A stretch of 64,000 bases of DNA from a virus (taxonomy: Duplodnaviria > Caudoviricetes), in IMG/VR virus record IMGVR_UViG_3300028591_000138, positions 36,722 through 100,721 of that record, one strand, 5' to 3'. The stretch's first letter is position 1, and every line of letters begins with the position of its first letter. The position numbers and the translations under genes are program-made. The notes under the pieces were generated by a model, which searched no databases, was not told where the DNA came from, and saw nothing but the letters and a program-made list of their open reading frames with translations. Of this stretch, positions 31,376 through 41,005 are shown piece by piece.

Positions 31376-32562
31376 TATTTTTCTTCAGTGTTATCTTCTT
31401 TATTGTTTATGTTTTGCTGAGTCAGGTGGTATATCTCGTCAAATTCACGGATTCTTGTCAGAACCAAATTGTCAGCCAGTTTTTCCACGTTTTTATTCCA
31501 CTCTTCCTGAGTGTATTTAAGGTTAGTTTTTGCCATGTTGTCGTACAATACCTGTGGAACCTCATCCTGCATCCATGATGCTATTACATCTGCGAGAATA
31601 TCGGGAAGTTGGTCGAAACTGTCAAACCAGATTGCGTTGTCGATGATTTCACCTTCATCGTTGAGCATCCATTCCTGAATATGCTCTGGCAGTTTGCCGA
31701 TGACTATGTTGTTACAACGCATAGCTTCCAGCGCACCGTAGCCAAACGGCGTGTCAGTGTCAACCCAAACGGTGATAGCACCCTCTTTCAATGTCTCGGC
31801 ATAGTGCTCACGATTCATACCGCGCAGGTCTTTGAATGAGATGAATTTGTAAATCGGATATTTCCAATAAAAAGTTTTCATCAACTTGTTAACATCGCTC
31901 TGTTTCTTTGAAATAACATTGACCACGAGTTTTTTCGGTGCGACGGGCTTACGGAAATATTCGGGGATGTGCGGGTTGAGTACCTTGGTACGAACATACG
32001 GCATCACATCCTTAATCAGGTTGGCTTGCAGTTCGGTTGTGGCAATACAGTCACGAATACCGAAGTTAAGCCACTGGCTTCCGATTGGAATGAAGTCGGT
32101 TACATAGTCGAAGTTTTGCAACAAAACATATCTCTGGCAAGGTATCTTGTGAAGATATGTCTGAACCATAAGGCTGGAGAAAGCTTCGGGGATGAACAGG
32201 AAATCAGACGGCGATACCTGCCAGCTTCCCTGGTGACTGATGTTAATGTGGGGGAGATTGGCATATTCTTCACCCATCCAGTCTTTAACCCCGCAGAATA
32301 TTTGTTCACCCATCGGGTCGTAAGTACCCTTGGCTTGGCGTTTCTTTATTTCACGAGGGCTGAGTTCGTTGTCAAGCTGATATAACATGGTTACCTTGTA
32401 GCCCAATTTGTGCATCGACAGTGCCAGGTCGTAGGTGTATACCAAGCTACCGTTAGGGACATTCTTACTGTCGATTGTGAAGAAAAACATAGTAAAATCT
32501 TTGTTTTTCAGTTTGTTTATTTCATTTTCAATTCTTTCTAATGGTGTTGTTGTGTTTCCCAT
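31375..32562 (-). CDS. GT-B-like glycosyltransferase
   Basis: LALSMHKLGYKVTML and the PFGYGALEAMRCNNIVIG sugar-nucleotide motif. Confidence 0.75.
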   Translation of the reverse strand: MGNTTTPLERIENEINKLKNKDFTMFFFTIDSKNVPNGSLVYTYDLALSMHKLGYKVTMLYQLDNELSPREIKKRQAKGTYDPMGEQIFCGVKDWMGEEYANLPHINISHQGSWQVSPSDFLFIPEAFSSLMVQTYLHKIPCQRYVLLQNFDYVTDFIPIGSQWLNFGIRDCIATTELQANLIKDVMPYVRTKVLNPHIPEYFRKPVAPKKLVVNVISKKQSDVNKLMKTFYWKYPIYKFISFKDLRGMNREHYAETLKEGAITVWVDTDTPFGYGALEAMRCNNIVIGKLPEHIQEWMLNDEGEIIDNAIWFDSFDQLPDILADVIASWMQDEVPQVLYDNMAKTNLKYTQEEWNKNVEKLADNLVLTRIREFDEIYHLTQQNINNKEDNTEEK

Positions 32563-32563
32563 A

Positions 32564-32959
32564 TTAGTCTTCCTGTTCTATTTCATATATTATTCCCATC
32601 TCATACAGCGTGTTAAATGACAGGCGCTGTCCGAGATGCATTGATGAGGAGTCGTTAATCATAATGACACCCTCTCCGTCCGAAATTGGCATGAGTACAA
32701 GGTTGAGTATATTGGAGATGATGTTATACCTCAAGGTTGACTGAACTTCACTGCTATTGTTCTTGGTTTCTGAAACTTCCTTGCTTAACAACTGAATGTC
32801 ACCGAGAGTTGTTATGTTTTCCTCGTCTTGTGTCATCGGCACCCCATATGACTGGTTGATTGTCTGTATCACATCCTGGGGTTTAGTGATGAACTCCATA
32901 ACTTTTTCCAAGTCGATTGCATACAACTTATTGTTGATGCTTAGGTAATTGTTATCCAT
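32564..32959 (-). CDS. Hypothetical protein
   Basis: 131 aa ORF in the operon. Confidence 0.6.
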   Translation of the reverse strand: MDNNYLSINNKLYAIDLEKVMEFITKPQDVIQTINQSYGVPMTQDEENITTLGDIQLLSKEVSETKNNSSEVQSTLRYNIISNILNLVLMPISDGEGVIMINDSSSMHLGQRLSFNTLYEMGIIYEIEQED

Positions 32960-33563
32960 TAATGCGGTTTTCTAAGATTTTTATTACAGTTTCATTTTCA
33001 TCATTGATTAAATCCATTAACGAGTTGAATGAATATTTTGTTTCAATGTCTTTATTGAAAGGCTTGTTAATCTTGATAACATATTTTCCTTCTGGGCAGT
33101 TCTCAATCAAACTAGGCTGTGCTGTTATCACAATGTCGGCACGGTCGAAGATTGTCATTGAATCTTTCGGAAAATATACTTCGCGCGGTCTTAGGGTTTT
33201 ACCTGAAAGAAATGCGAACGTCGCCTGAATGGACAACCCCATCTCAAACGGGGAGAAGAACATAACCTCGGGCACGTTTTCCTCATCAAGGTCGCGCAGG
33301 GTTTTTTCGAGATAGTCATTCAATGCGTAAGGAAGCATTTTGTCAGTGGCTTCAGCACGGGCAAATAGTTCGAACGGATAGTCAACGTATTTAAACTGGA
33401 ACAGTTCTTGCTTGCTGGCAAACGGATAAACCTCTTCTTCATTGAACGAAGTTATTTCATCGAGTTCAATCTCAAACGACGGGTCAATATGTCGCTGAAA
33501 CATTTCCCTAAACTGGTACATGTTGTCACGGATAACGTTGTTAATGTCAATTGCAATTCTCAT
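32952..33563 (-). CDS. HAD-fold 5'(3')-deoxyribonucleotidase-like protein with degenerate motif
   Basis: MRIAIDINNVIRD (DxN in place of DxD) and IKINKPFN C-terminal motif. Confidence 0.55.
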   Translation of the reverse strand: MRIAIDINNVIRDNMYQFREMFQRHIDPSFEIELDEITSFNEEEVYPFASKQELFQFKYVDYPFELFARAEATDKMLPYALNDYLEKTLRDLDEENVPEVMFFSPFEMGLSIQATFAFLSGKTLRPREVYFPKDSMTIFDRADIVITAQPSLIENCPEGKYVIKINKPFNKDIETKYSFNSLMDLINDENETVIKILENRING

Positions 33564-33564
33564 C

Positions 33565-34053
33565 TTATTTTGCGTAAGCTTCAATTTCATTATTATCCTC
33601 AGTTAGAAACACAACTCTCGGGTATGCGTATTCCAGGTTGGCTGTCCAACCACATTCGCAGTCGTAACGGTTGATTTTGTCCATTGTGAAGGGGTTGAAC
33701 ATGGTTGGTGTTTTGTTAATAATCTCTCTGTGACAATTGGGACAGAAAGCATGCTTAATCATCGGTGTCACTTTCTGAGTGGCAATTGTAAGGTCGTTTT
33801 CACTCACTCTAGGGTATTTTTCTTCAAATCGTTCCATCATCTGTTGCTGCTGGTTGGAATGGTCGATTTCAACTGGGATTTCCGTCGGATTGGCATCCTC
33901 TTTGGCGATATCCTCACGCATTTTTTTTAATGCGGTTCTGTATGCTTCAGTGTCCTCAACACTCATAGGGGTACCATCGGTAGGAAGGTCGTCGTTCAGT
34001 CTAGCCTGGTCTTCGGCATAAGCTTTTTTGAAATCTTCTAAAATACTGTTCAT
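33565..34053 (-). CDS. Zinc-ribbon protein
   Basis: CPNC...CECG. Confidence 0.6.
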   Translation of the reverse strand: MNSILEDFKKAYAEDQARLNDDLPTDGTPMSVEDTEAYRTALKKMREDIAKEDANPTEIPVEIDHSNQQQQMMERFEEKYPRVSENDLTIATQKVTPMIKHAFCPNCHREIINKTPTMFNPFTMDKINRYDCECGWTANLEYAYPRVVFLTEDNNEIEAYAK

Positions 34054-34192
34054 GTTTCTGGATTTTTATCGTTTATTTATTGATAATATATCAACAATGT
34101 ATTAAAAAACCAAAAACTTTGAATATTTAGTAGAAAAAAAAGAGAGCCTCTAAAAGGCTCTCCTTTTGTTGCAGATATGTTTAAAAATGTAG

Positions 34193-35299
34193 CTAGTTAT
34201 TCTTGTCAACCCACTCATTATACAGTTTCTGCATTGCTTTTGTAACACAGTCCTTGCATAACATCCTGCCAAATTCATGTTCCGACATTTCGTAGTCGAG
34301 ATATTCCGTTGTTACACCGTCGCTAGCTTCATCACTAGCTTCCATTGCATCCAATGCCCTGGCGTCATAAGTAACCTCTTTTCCACAGTCAGCACATTTA
34401 TATGTACGTATGATAGCCTCGGGGTCGAAATTAATTGTCATCTCCTTTGGCGTATGATTTTCATATTTCTTTGCCATTTGTTCACTATAGAATTCCTTGG
34501 TAAGGTCGGTGCCGCCATCAATGATGTTGGTGATGTAACGAATAACATAATCGCCATCGAACTCGAATATACGTTCCAGTTGCAAGTTTCCGAACTCAAA
34601 ACGCAGCATATCATCGAGTTTATATGCGTGGAATGTTTCGAAACTGATGGTATCCAGTTCCAGAATATCTGAACGCACACCAGAGTCGATTATACGTTCA
34701 AGTTCACGGATGAATGGTTTGGATATTATAATCTTGTCATCTGGGTATTTTGAGACGTAGATGTCAAGGATAGCACTCCACTCATCATCCCCGCGTTTCA
34801 CCACAACTTTCTTGGTAAAATCCTCAAGTCTGAATCTCGGAAAGTTATGACGCGTCATTGTAATGTTATATTCGCGTTCGCGGTCAACGTACTTGCCATC
34901 CTCACCGATACGGCTCAACGCTTCGGTTACATTCTCCACCGCCAGTTTGTTCTCCTGTATAGTTACTATGTCTCGGTTATCCTCGTTTTCAACATAAACA
35001 AACTTACTGTCACTGGGCTTTTTCTTGGTAGCCAGTGTTGGCGAAAAGTAATTGTAATGTTCAGATTCCCTGGCAACAGCATAAGTTCTATACCTCAAGT
35101 CTATAACCTCCTGAGTCAGTTCCCCGCGTAATAATGCCTTGGCGACGCTGTGGTCTGACACCTGCTGGTTGATAGTTGAACCTTCATCCAATGAACCGCT
35201 GTTTTGGTGAAAGTTTTCATCCTCAGTCTTTTTCATACCGAGGATTAAGCCAATCCATAGGTCACGAAATATCTGTTTGATTTTTTTAAACATAATCAA
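34193..35299 (-). CDS. Hypothetical protein with C-terminal CxxC pairs
   Basis: 368 aa ORF; CADC...CKDC. Confidence 0.6.
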   Translation of the reverse strand: MIMFKKIKQIFRDLWIGLILGMKKTEDENFHQNSGSLDEGSTINQQVSDHSVAKALLRGELTQEVIDLRYRTYAVARESEHYNYFSPTLATKKKPSDSKFVYVENEDNRDIVTIQENKLAVENVTEALSRIGEDGKYVDREREYNITMTRHNFPRFRLEDFTKKVVVKRGDDEWSAILDIYVSKYPDDKIIISKPFIRELERIIDSGVRSDILELDTISFETFHAYKLDDMLRFEFGNLQLERIFEFDGDYVIRYITNIIDGGTDLTKEFYSEQMAKKYENHTPKEMTINFDPEAIIRTYKCADCGKEVTYDARALDAMEASDEASDGVTTEYLDYEMSEHEFGRMLCKDCVTKAMQKLYNEWVDKNN

Positions 35300-35548
35300 T
35301 TAACTGGTAAACTGAGTCATCAAGTCTTCTTGGAGTTCGATATAATGGGCGATAACTTTATCTCTTTTTGTTTTGATTTCCTCGATAGCAGCATCGATTG
35401 CTGCACGTTCTTCATCTGTTTTAGCCTGTCCTTTGAGTTCCAGATTGTCGTGAACTTCAGCGTCCAGTGTATGGAGTACGGTTCTCGCAAGTTGGTCGGC
35501 TGCAGCGTAGTCGCTAGCTGTGGTTACTGTAATGCTACCAATGTTCAT
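35300..35548 (-). CDS. Small hypothetical protein
   Basis: 82 aa ORF. Confidence 0.55.
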   Translation of the reverse strand: MNIGSITVTTASDYAAADQLARTVLHTLDAEVHDNLELKGQAKTDEERAAIDAAIEEIKTKRDKVIAHYIELQEDLMTQFTS

Positions 35549-35614
35549 GTTGTAATGATGTTTAATATATTATTATTGAAACCAATATATATCCTAGATT
35601 AAGAAAAAACAAAA

Positions 35615-36232
35615 TTATTTTTCCTCGGTTTCAGTTTTAAGCGAAGCTAAGTATTTCTGTCTCAATTCAACCAGGGTAAACATCTTGGCTGCTTTAACTA
35701 CCGTGTACAATGGGGATTGAAACCGTTCACCGCTGTCATCCTCTTTGTCTATGGTGAGGAATGCCTCGAATTCTTCCTCCTCTAGTTTGATGCCATATTT
35801 CTGACACAGGTAAAGGCTTCGTTCGCCGAGTTTCAGTTTTGTCTTTGTGTCAACAAAAGTGTACGGCATTCCATGGTTGACATGCCAGGCATCGGCATTC
35901 TCGTACATTTCCGCCTTTGCTATGTTGAGTAATAGCAGGACGCGCATAAGCATGTCGTTATTAACCCATAGGTTAGGGTGGAGAACTTTTTCCCCACCAT
36001 TGGTGCCGAGGGTGTTGTTATTTATCTGGGCACCAATGCGACAGAGGGTGTTAAGTGTAACATCGATTAACGTACCCGCCTCGGCAGCGCCGTGATTGGT
36101 GTTCATTGAATACGGGGCGATTTTAATTTTATCACCAATTTCGTTCATCATCTCCTCTGAATAACAGTGATACTTCTCGAGGTATTTGATGAAATTAAGA
36201 TAATTTGAATTAATTTTAGTTTCAGACAACAT
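35615..36232 (-). CDS. Degenerate HD-domain (YhaM-like) protein
   Basis: IAPYS...HGAAEAGTLIDVT; LLLLNIAK replaces LLHDIGK; LGERSLYLCQKYGIKLEEEEFEAF. Confidence 0.5.
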   Translation of the reverse strand: MLSETKINSNYLNFIKYLEKYHCYSEEMMNEIGDKIKIAPYSMNTNHGAAEAGTLIDVTLNTLCRIGAQINNNTLGTNGGEKVLHPNLWVNNDMLMRVLLLLNIAKAEMYENADAWHVNHGMPYTFVDTKTKLKLGERSLYLCQKYGIKLEEEEFEAFLTIDKEDDSGERFQSPLYTVVKAAKMFTLVELRQKYLASLKTETEEK

Positions 36233-36334
36233 AATGTATACTATTATATAATATTAATATACGAAAATTTTCGCAAACAAAAATAGGTACGTTGAAAAAA
36301 CGCACCTATATTTTCAGACTATGGCGTTTGGAAA

Positions 36335-37036
36335 CTATTTCTTTTTCATTTTGCCTTGACCAACGTATTTCATTTGGCATTCGTATATTGCACCGTTCTT
36401 ATCCATTAGTCTGAACTTGTCACCAATAGTCATCAGACCTAACGCGGGTGTTGCAGATTTTTTAGACTCGGTGAGAAGTGCGGATGAATACTGTCTGAGT
36501 TTCTTGTCAACAATCGACTCGATAAGCTGCGCCAGCTGTTGCATGTCCACGTTAGTACCAGCTCCGCTAGCTTCATAGACGGGTTGCTGACGTTTACTGT
36601 TGTCGCGTTCCTCTAATTTTCCTATGATATCGAGACTGCGAGCCTGTATGTCCTCAGTCATTAGTTCGCCTGTTGCATCCTCTGTTGGTTGAATGATTAA
36701 GGGGTTTCGCATCATTTCCTCCAAGATGGCGTTGGGGAGATGGACGTTAGGGTTGTTGAAACTCATCTGTCCGTTTTTGATTTCTTCCAACTCCCTGTTG
36801 GGGTCGTATATTTCACGTTTCTGCCCATTCGGATAATATTCGTATTGTATACCGTTGTCGTTGGGGTCTGGTGCTCCAAAGACCATATCGTCAAGCGATG
36901 CGAGGTCAGCCTCCCTGAATGTGGGTGCCTGTGGCTCGCGACGCGGCATTTGCTGTTGTTGTGGGGCGGGGCTGTTACCTGTTGCTTTTGCTTTCTGTGC
37001 CGCCGCCAGTTTGTCTTGTAAACTTCCCATTGTCAA
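36335..37036 (-). CDS. Hypothetical protein
   Basis: 233 aa ORF. Confidence 0.6.
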   Translation of the reverse strand: MTMGSLQDKLAAAQKAKATGNSPAPQQQQMPRREPQAPTFREADLASLDDMVFGAPDPNDNGIQYEYYPNGQKREIYDPNRELEEIKNGQMSFNNPNVHLPNAILEEMMRNPLIIQPTEDATGELMTEDIQARSLDIIGKLEERDNSKRQQPVYEASGAGTNVDMQQLAQLIESIVDKKLRQYSSALLTESKKSATPALGLMTIGDKFRLMDKNGAIYECQMKYVGQGKMKKK

Positions 37037-37081
37037 TGAATTTTTACATATAATCTAATTTATATGGAATAAAAAAACAAA

Positions 37082-38053
37082 TTAAATTTCATCGTCTTCG
37101 TGTTCCATGTTGTAGAGGATTCTGTTTCCCGAGTCTTTTCTGTTCAGGAAACTGTTATCAGCCCTACCTTGCCAAGCGTTCTGACGTTCGAACTTGCGTC
37201 GGCTGGTTGACAGGTTTTTGTTCTGCCAATTCTCTCGGTTCATTACCGCTCGGTCGAAATCAGCCTGTGAAATCTCCTTGTCGGTATAATCGTGGCTGTA
37301 GTTTGTCCACAGGTCATCGTTGTTGAGTATGTCGGAACGGTCTGAATTGTTGCCGTAAACCTGTTCTCTTGCGCGCTCCAATTCCTGCGGGTCAATATCA
37401 CCGTCCTTAGCGGAGCCTGAAACATTGTTTGGTTTGTAACTCTGGTCGGGCTGTCTTGGGCCTTCTGCAGTTTGAGAGTCTTTAGTGTACATATTGAACC
37501 CGTTGTTGACCTTTTTGTTATTGTCAAGGTCAATGTAAATTGGAGATTCTTGGTTCTTAATATTCCTGGCACCAAGCTGCACCTGTTTATCACCACTTGT
37601 CTGGGCGTATATTTTCTGTTTGGTTTTCGGACCGTTGTTAACCACACTCGGAGCTGGGGTGTCTTTTGTCGAATTGAATGTCTTTATTACAACAGACATG
37701 CTGTCGTCACCGTCGAGATTTGCTTCGCCATAACTAGCGTCGGGTAGTTCGTTGAAATGGCGGTTTGTTTCTTCCCAATAAGAAATTCTATCCAATCTGA
37801 AAAACTTCCAACCAGGGGTGACTGTTGTTGTATCCCCGAATGGCTGGAAAGCTCTTATTACAGGATTGCCAGCTTTTGTCAATCCGTAAGCTATCGGTTC
37901 GATTACACGGCTTCCAGTGTTGTTGTCCTTTCCATCCGAATGGTAGTTGATTATTACCATGGCGTGATTATCCATAGCCTTGGTTACATTTTCAACCGAG
38001 GCTGACTCCTGTAAAAGTATTTTTTCCAATAATCCGCCGAACATAATAATCAA
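37082..38053 (-). CDS. WYL-domain protein with long disordered tail
   Basis: IINY.....GSRVIEPIAYG.....VIRAF.......GWKFFRLDRI. Confidence 0.75.
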   Translation of the reverse strand: MIIMFGGLLEKILLQESASVENVTKAMDNHAMVIINYHSDGKDNNTGSRVIEPIAYGLTKAGNPVIRAFQPFGDTTTVTPGWKFFRLDRISYWEETNRHFNELPDASYGEANLDGDDSMSVVIKTFNSTKDTPAPSVVNNGPKTKQKIYAQTSGDKQVQLGARNIKNQESPIYIDLDNNKKVNNGFNMYTKDSQTAEGPRQPDQSYKPNNVSGSAKDGDIDPQELERAREQVYGNNSDRSDILNNDDLWTNYSHDYTDKEISQADFDRAVMNRENWQNKNLSTSRRKFERQNAWQGRADNSFLNRKDSGNRILYNMEHEDDEI

Positions 38054-38065
38054 AGAGTTAACTCA

Positions 38066-38431
38066 TTAACTTACCACATATTGACCCTCAGCGACATTCA
38101 TGCTGGTATCCACGTATTCTGGACCGTAGGGGTTTTCAGGACCGTACATACTGCGGACGATTGACTCGTTACGCATTTCGTTATCGGCTTTGTTACCAGC
38201 GCCGCTACTCAACGCGGTATCGAAGTTTGAATAATTGAACACATTTATCTGTGAGTTGCAGTCTGGGAGCCAGTGACTGTGACCGCCGTGACCCGTACCT
38301 TTACCCTGGGCGTCGCCAGTTGCAAGTGCATCGGGGTGCGTGCCTGAATATTGATTAGTTCTCTGATAATCACTGCGAACCTCTTGTTCGTGGCGAGCGT
38401 CCATAGAACGTTTTTCTAGACAAGTTCTCAT
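38066..38431 (-). CDS. Hypothetical protein
   Basis: 121 aa ORF; HPDALATGDAQGKGTG. Confidence 0.6.
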   Translation of the reverse strand: MRTCLEKRSMDARHEQEVRSDYQRTNQYSGTHPDALATGDAQGKGTGHGGHSHWLPDCNSQINVFNYSNFDTALSSGAGNKADNEMRNESIVRSMYGPENPYGPEYVDTSMNVAEGQYVVS

Positions 38432-38454
38432 AATTGAAACTATATTATTTTTAA

Positions 38455-39030
38455 TTATTTCTTTAATAAATACTCCTGAATTTCTTTTATTTGCCCCTCA
38501 CTCAATATCACCACCTTTGTTTCATGCAAAGCTGACAATTCTTTAAGCCGCTTTTGTTTATTACCCGTCATTGGATTATATGTCGGTGTCTTGGTGTCAA
38601 CTTTTGTTACAGTCGTACCATTTTCAACAGTATGCTCTTTTTTGAAAGCGTTGGTTTTTCCAGCTGCACGCTCAGCTTCCTTTCTCTGTCGTTCTGTCCG
38701 TCTTGCGCTGGCTAGCTGATTGTTCACCCAGGTTGCCATGGCTTCGCCACCATACAATTCGTACTGCTTTGTTTCAGTTGCATTGGTATGTTTGTCGAAC
38801 CAATGTTTTATTCTTTTCATTTCTTTCACGTCAATACCTTTTTCAGCGTCCATTTTCAGGATGTCGTTCAAGTGGTCCCAAGCTTCCTTTGTGTCATGGT
38901 TGGAGCCTAGGTCTTCATCTTTATTGTTCTCCTTGGTTTGGAGGAGAATTTTCTTAATCCCGTCTGGAAGTCTCCAGGGGATATGTTTTGTGATGTTGGT
39001 GTTGGTATCTTCGTTGATGAAATGTATCAT
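38455..39030 (-). CDS. Hypothetical protein with C-terminal KVVILSEGQI tag
   Basis: 191 aa ORF. Confidence 0.6.
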   Translation of the reverse strand: MIHFINEDTNTNITKHIPWRLPDGIKKILLQTKENNKDEDLGSNHDTKEAWDHLNDILKMDAEKGIDVKEMKRIKHWFDKHTNATETKQYELYGGEAMATWVNNQLASARRTERQRKEAERAAGKTNAFKKEHTVENGTTVTKVDTKTPTYNPMTGNKQKRLKELSALHETKVVILSEGQIKEIQEYLLKK

Positions 39031-39275
39031 TAGACACAGTATCCGTTAAATCCATAATGCCTGTTCCACCAGGAGTTGTTCGACAGGGTGTGGCTCACAT
39101 CGTCGCCCGTGGTATTCTCTGGGTCTACGTTGGGTGAATCAAACGGTGCGTTGACAAAAACTTGGCTGTTGTGGTTGTGGGGAGCATTGGAATCGTCAGG
39201 AAAATTGAAGGGGAAATCCTCGGCAATTATCTGACGAACCTGTTCTTCACTTAATTTTATAGTTCTCTTTTTCAT
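39030..39275 (-). CDS. Small protein with N-terminal KKRTIKLSEEQV tag
   Basis: 81 aa ORF downstream of the palindromic promoter. Confidence 0.6.
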   Translation of the reverse strand: MKKRTIKLSEEQVRQIIAEDFPFNFPDDSNAPHNHNSQVFVNAPFDSPNVDPENTTGDDVSHTLSNNSWWNRHYGFNGYCV

Positions 39276-39296
39276 TACAAAAATGGTTTCATTATA

Positions 39297-39308
39297 TATT
39301 TATAAATA
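39297..39308. promoter_or_regulatory. Palindromic bidirectional late promoter TATTTATAAATA
   Basis: Two overlapping TATTTATA copies, one per strand, in the 50 bp gap between divergent genes. Confidence 0.6.
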
Positions 39309-39325
39309 TATTAGAAACAAGAATA

Positions 39326-40990
39326 ATGAGTAATATTTTAAACCATAACAGACCAGTCTTCGAATTGAACGTAACAAACAGTGATTATTGGGACACCCAT
39401 TTGTACCCTTCACAGTGCGGCGGAATCAAACAGGGACTTCAGGAAGACTGTCTGGCGGCATATATAGACACAACGGAGCCTGAGTGTATTTTGAATAACG
39501 ATGAAATGGCTTCGATGGAGAAATATGTCTGGGATAGGGCTGTCAATAAAGGTGTTACACTGAATAATATCGGGTTGACTGGCGTTGACTGTGGTTTAAT
39601 AAAATATATCAAGGGCAGTATCACTGTTGAGGAATTCATGGAATTGTTCACCAACTCGACAATGGAAATTGATGCTGACGACTTAAGATTGCATGTTAAT
39701 AAGGTTGACGGCAATAACCAGATTTATTCATACCCGAACACTTTTGTCACAGAGGATAACATGAACGTGGCAAAGCTTAACGGTGGCTTCTTCCAGGGTT
39801 TTTTCAAAACAGACAATGACTGTCAATATCAAGTACTTCCTACTGAGCTTGACAGTGGGTGGATGGTTGAATTTACGCTTAAACCTGAGAATTTCAAATC
39901 AAACTATTATATCACGAAAGAAAAATATTCGGTTATTGACTATAACGCCGACGGCTGGGACGGAAACACTGACAAACATAAGGATGAATATTCAAGCGCT
40001 TATGTGAATGATGACTACACGGAAGATAATCCACTGCCGACATTGAATGACGTCTATCCAGAAAACAGCGGAATATTTTTCTACATGGGTACTAGGGCTG
40101 AAAACAAGTGGTGGAGATATTATACAGACCCAGAGGATAATACGGAATTGACAACCGAGGACGATATATCACTTAACGAGCAGATTGAAACCATTGAGAC
40201 TGACAATAAGTTTATTACATACAACAGAACTCCAGACGGTCTGAAAGCTTACATGAAAGACCGACGCGATGAAAGCAAAATCTTACAAATGTACAAGAAT
40301 CTTGTCACTGACAACTATTTCATTATTATGCACCGAGGAAAGGGCGGGTATACTGCCAGAACGATTAAAGAACTTCAACAGGAATCGGGCGCTGATTATG
40401 ATATTCTGGCAGACCTTTATCGTAACGCACTGGCTTTCCAGATAAGAGAGGATGGTTCGGTTGGTTATAAATATATGGTAAAGGACTGTGAAGCTGAAAG
40501 GGGTTATAAGATTGAACAGGAATGGAGTTATCCAGGGATGGTTAAAACAGATGAATGGAATACGATAAGCGTCAGGTTTATGCCTGTTGTCAAGTTCGGT
40601 ACTTACGCTTATGGATACGACCGACGTCTTGACTATATGAGGCTTATGTTCTATGTTAACGGTAAGTTGGTTTTGATGAGTAGGGAGATGCCGATGCTGG
40701 ATTTGAGATTGCTGAATGATGTTTATTCTAAACAGGAGGGTGTTCCGTATAACATTTCACTCGGAGGTGGTACGCAGGGTTTGTGTGATGTAATATATGA
40801 GGATTTTGACAATATTCCTGAGTATGTCCTGTTTTTGGAAAGGGAGTTTGGTGGCAGTTTCAAAGGCTATTTCAAGTCGTTCAAGTTCTATGCCTGTAGT
40901 CAGCATTTCGGAAACATTCAAGCGAATTTTAATTATGAACAATCGGTAATTTCGGACTATTTATATAATAAAATAAGAATAAAACATTAA
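39326..40990 (+). CDS. Virion protein, possibly LamG/concanavalin-like
   Basis: GWMVEFTL, GIFFYMG, DEWNTISV and LMFYVNGKL motifs. Confidence 0.5.
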   Translation: MSNILNHNRPVFELNVTNSDYWDTHLYPSQCGGIKQGLQEDCLAAYIDTTEPECILNNDEMASMEKYVWDRAVNKGVTLNNIGLTGVDCGLIKYIKGSITVEEFMELFTNSTMEIDADDLRLHVNKVDGNNQIYSYPNTFVTEDNMNVAKLNGGFFQGFFKTDNDCQYQVLPTELDSGWMVEFTLKPENFKSNYYITKEKYSVIDYNADGWDGNTDKHKDEYSSAYVNDDYTEDNPLPTLNDVYPENSGIFFYMGTRAENKWWRYYTDPEDNTELTTEDDISLNEQIETIETDNKFITYNRTPDGLKAYMKDRRDESKILQMYKNLVTDNYFIIMHRGKGGYTARTIKELQQESGADYDILADLYRNALAFQIREDGSVGYKYMVKDCEAERGYKIEQEWSYPGMVKTDEWNTISVRFMPVVKFGTYAYGYDRRLDYMRLMFYVNGKLVLMSREMPMLDLRLLNDVYSKQEGVPYNISLGGGTQGLCDVIYEDFDNIPEYVLFLEREFGGSFKGYFKSFKFYACSQHFGNIQANFNYEQSVISDYLYNKIRIKH

Positions 40991-41005
40991 TACATTTGTT
41001 GTACA

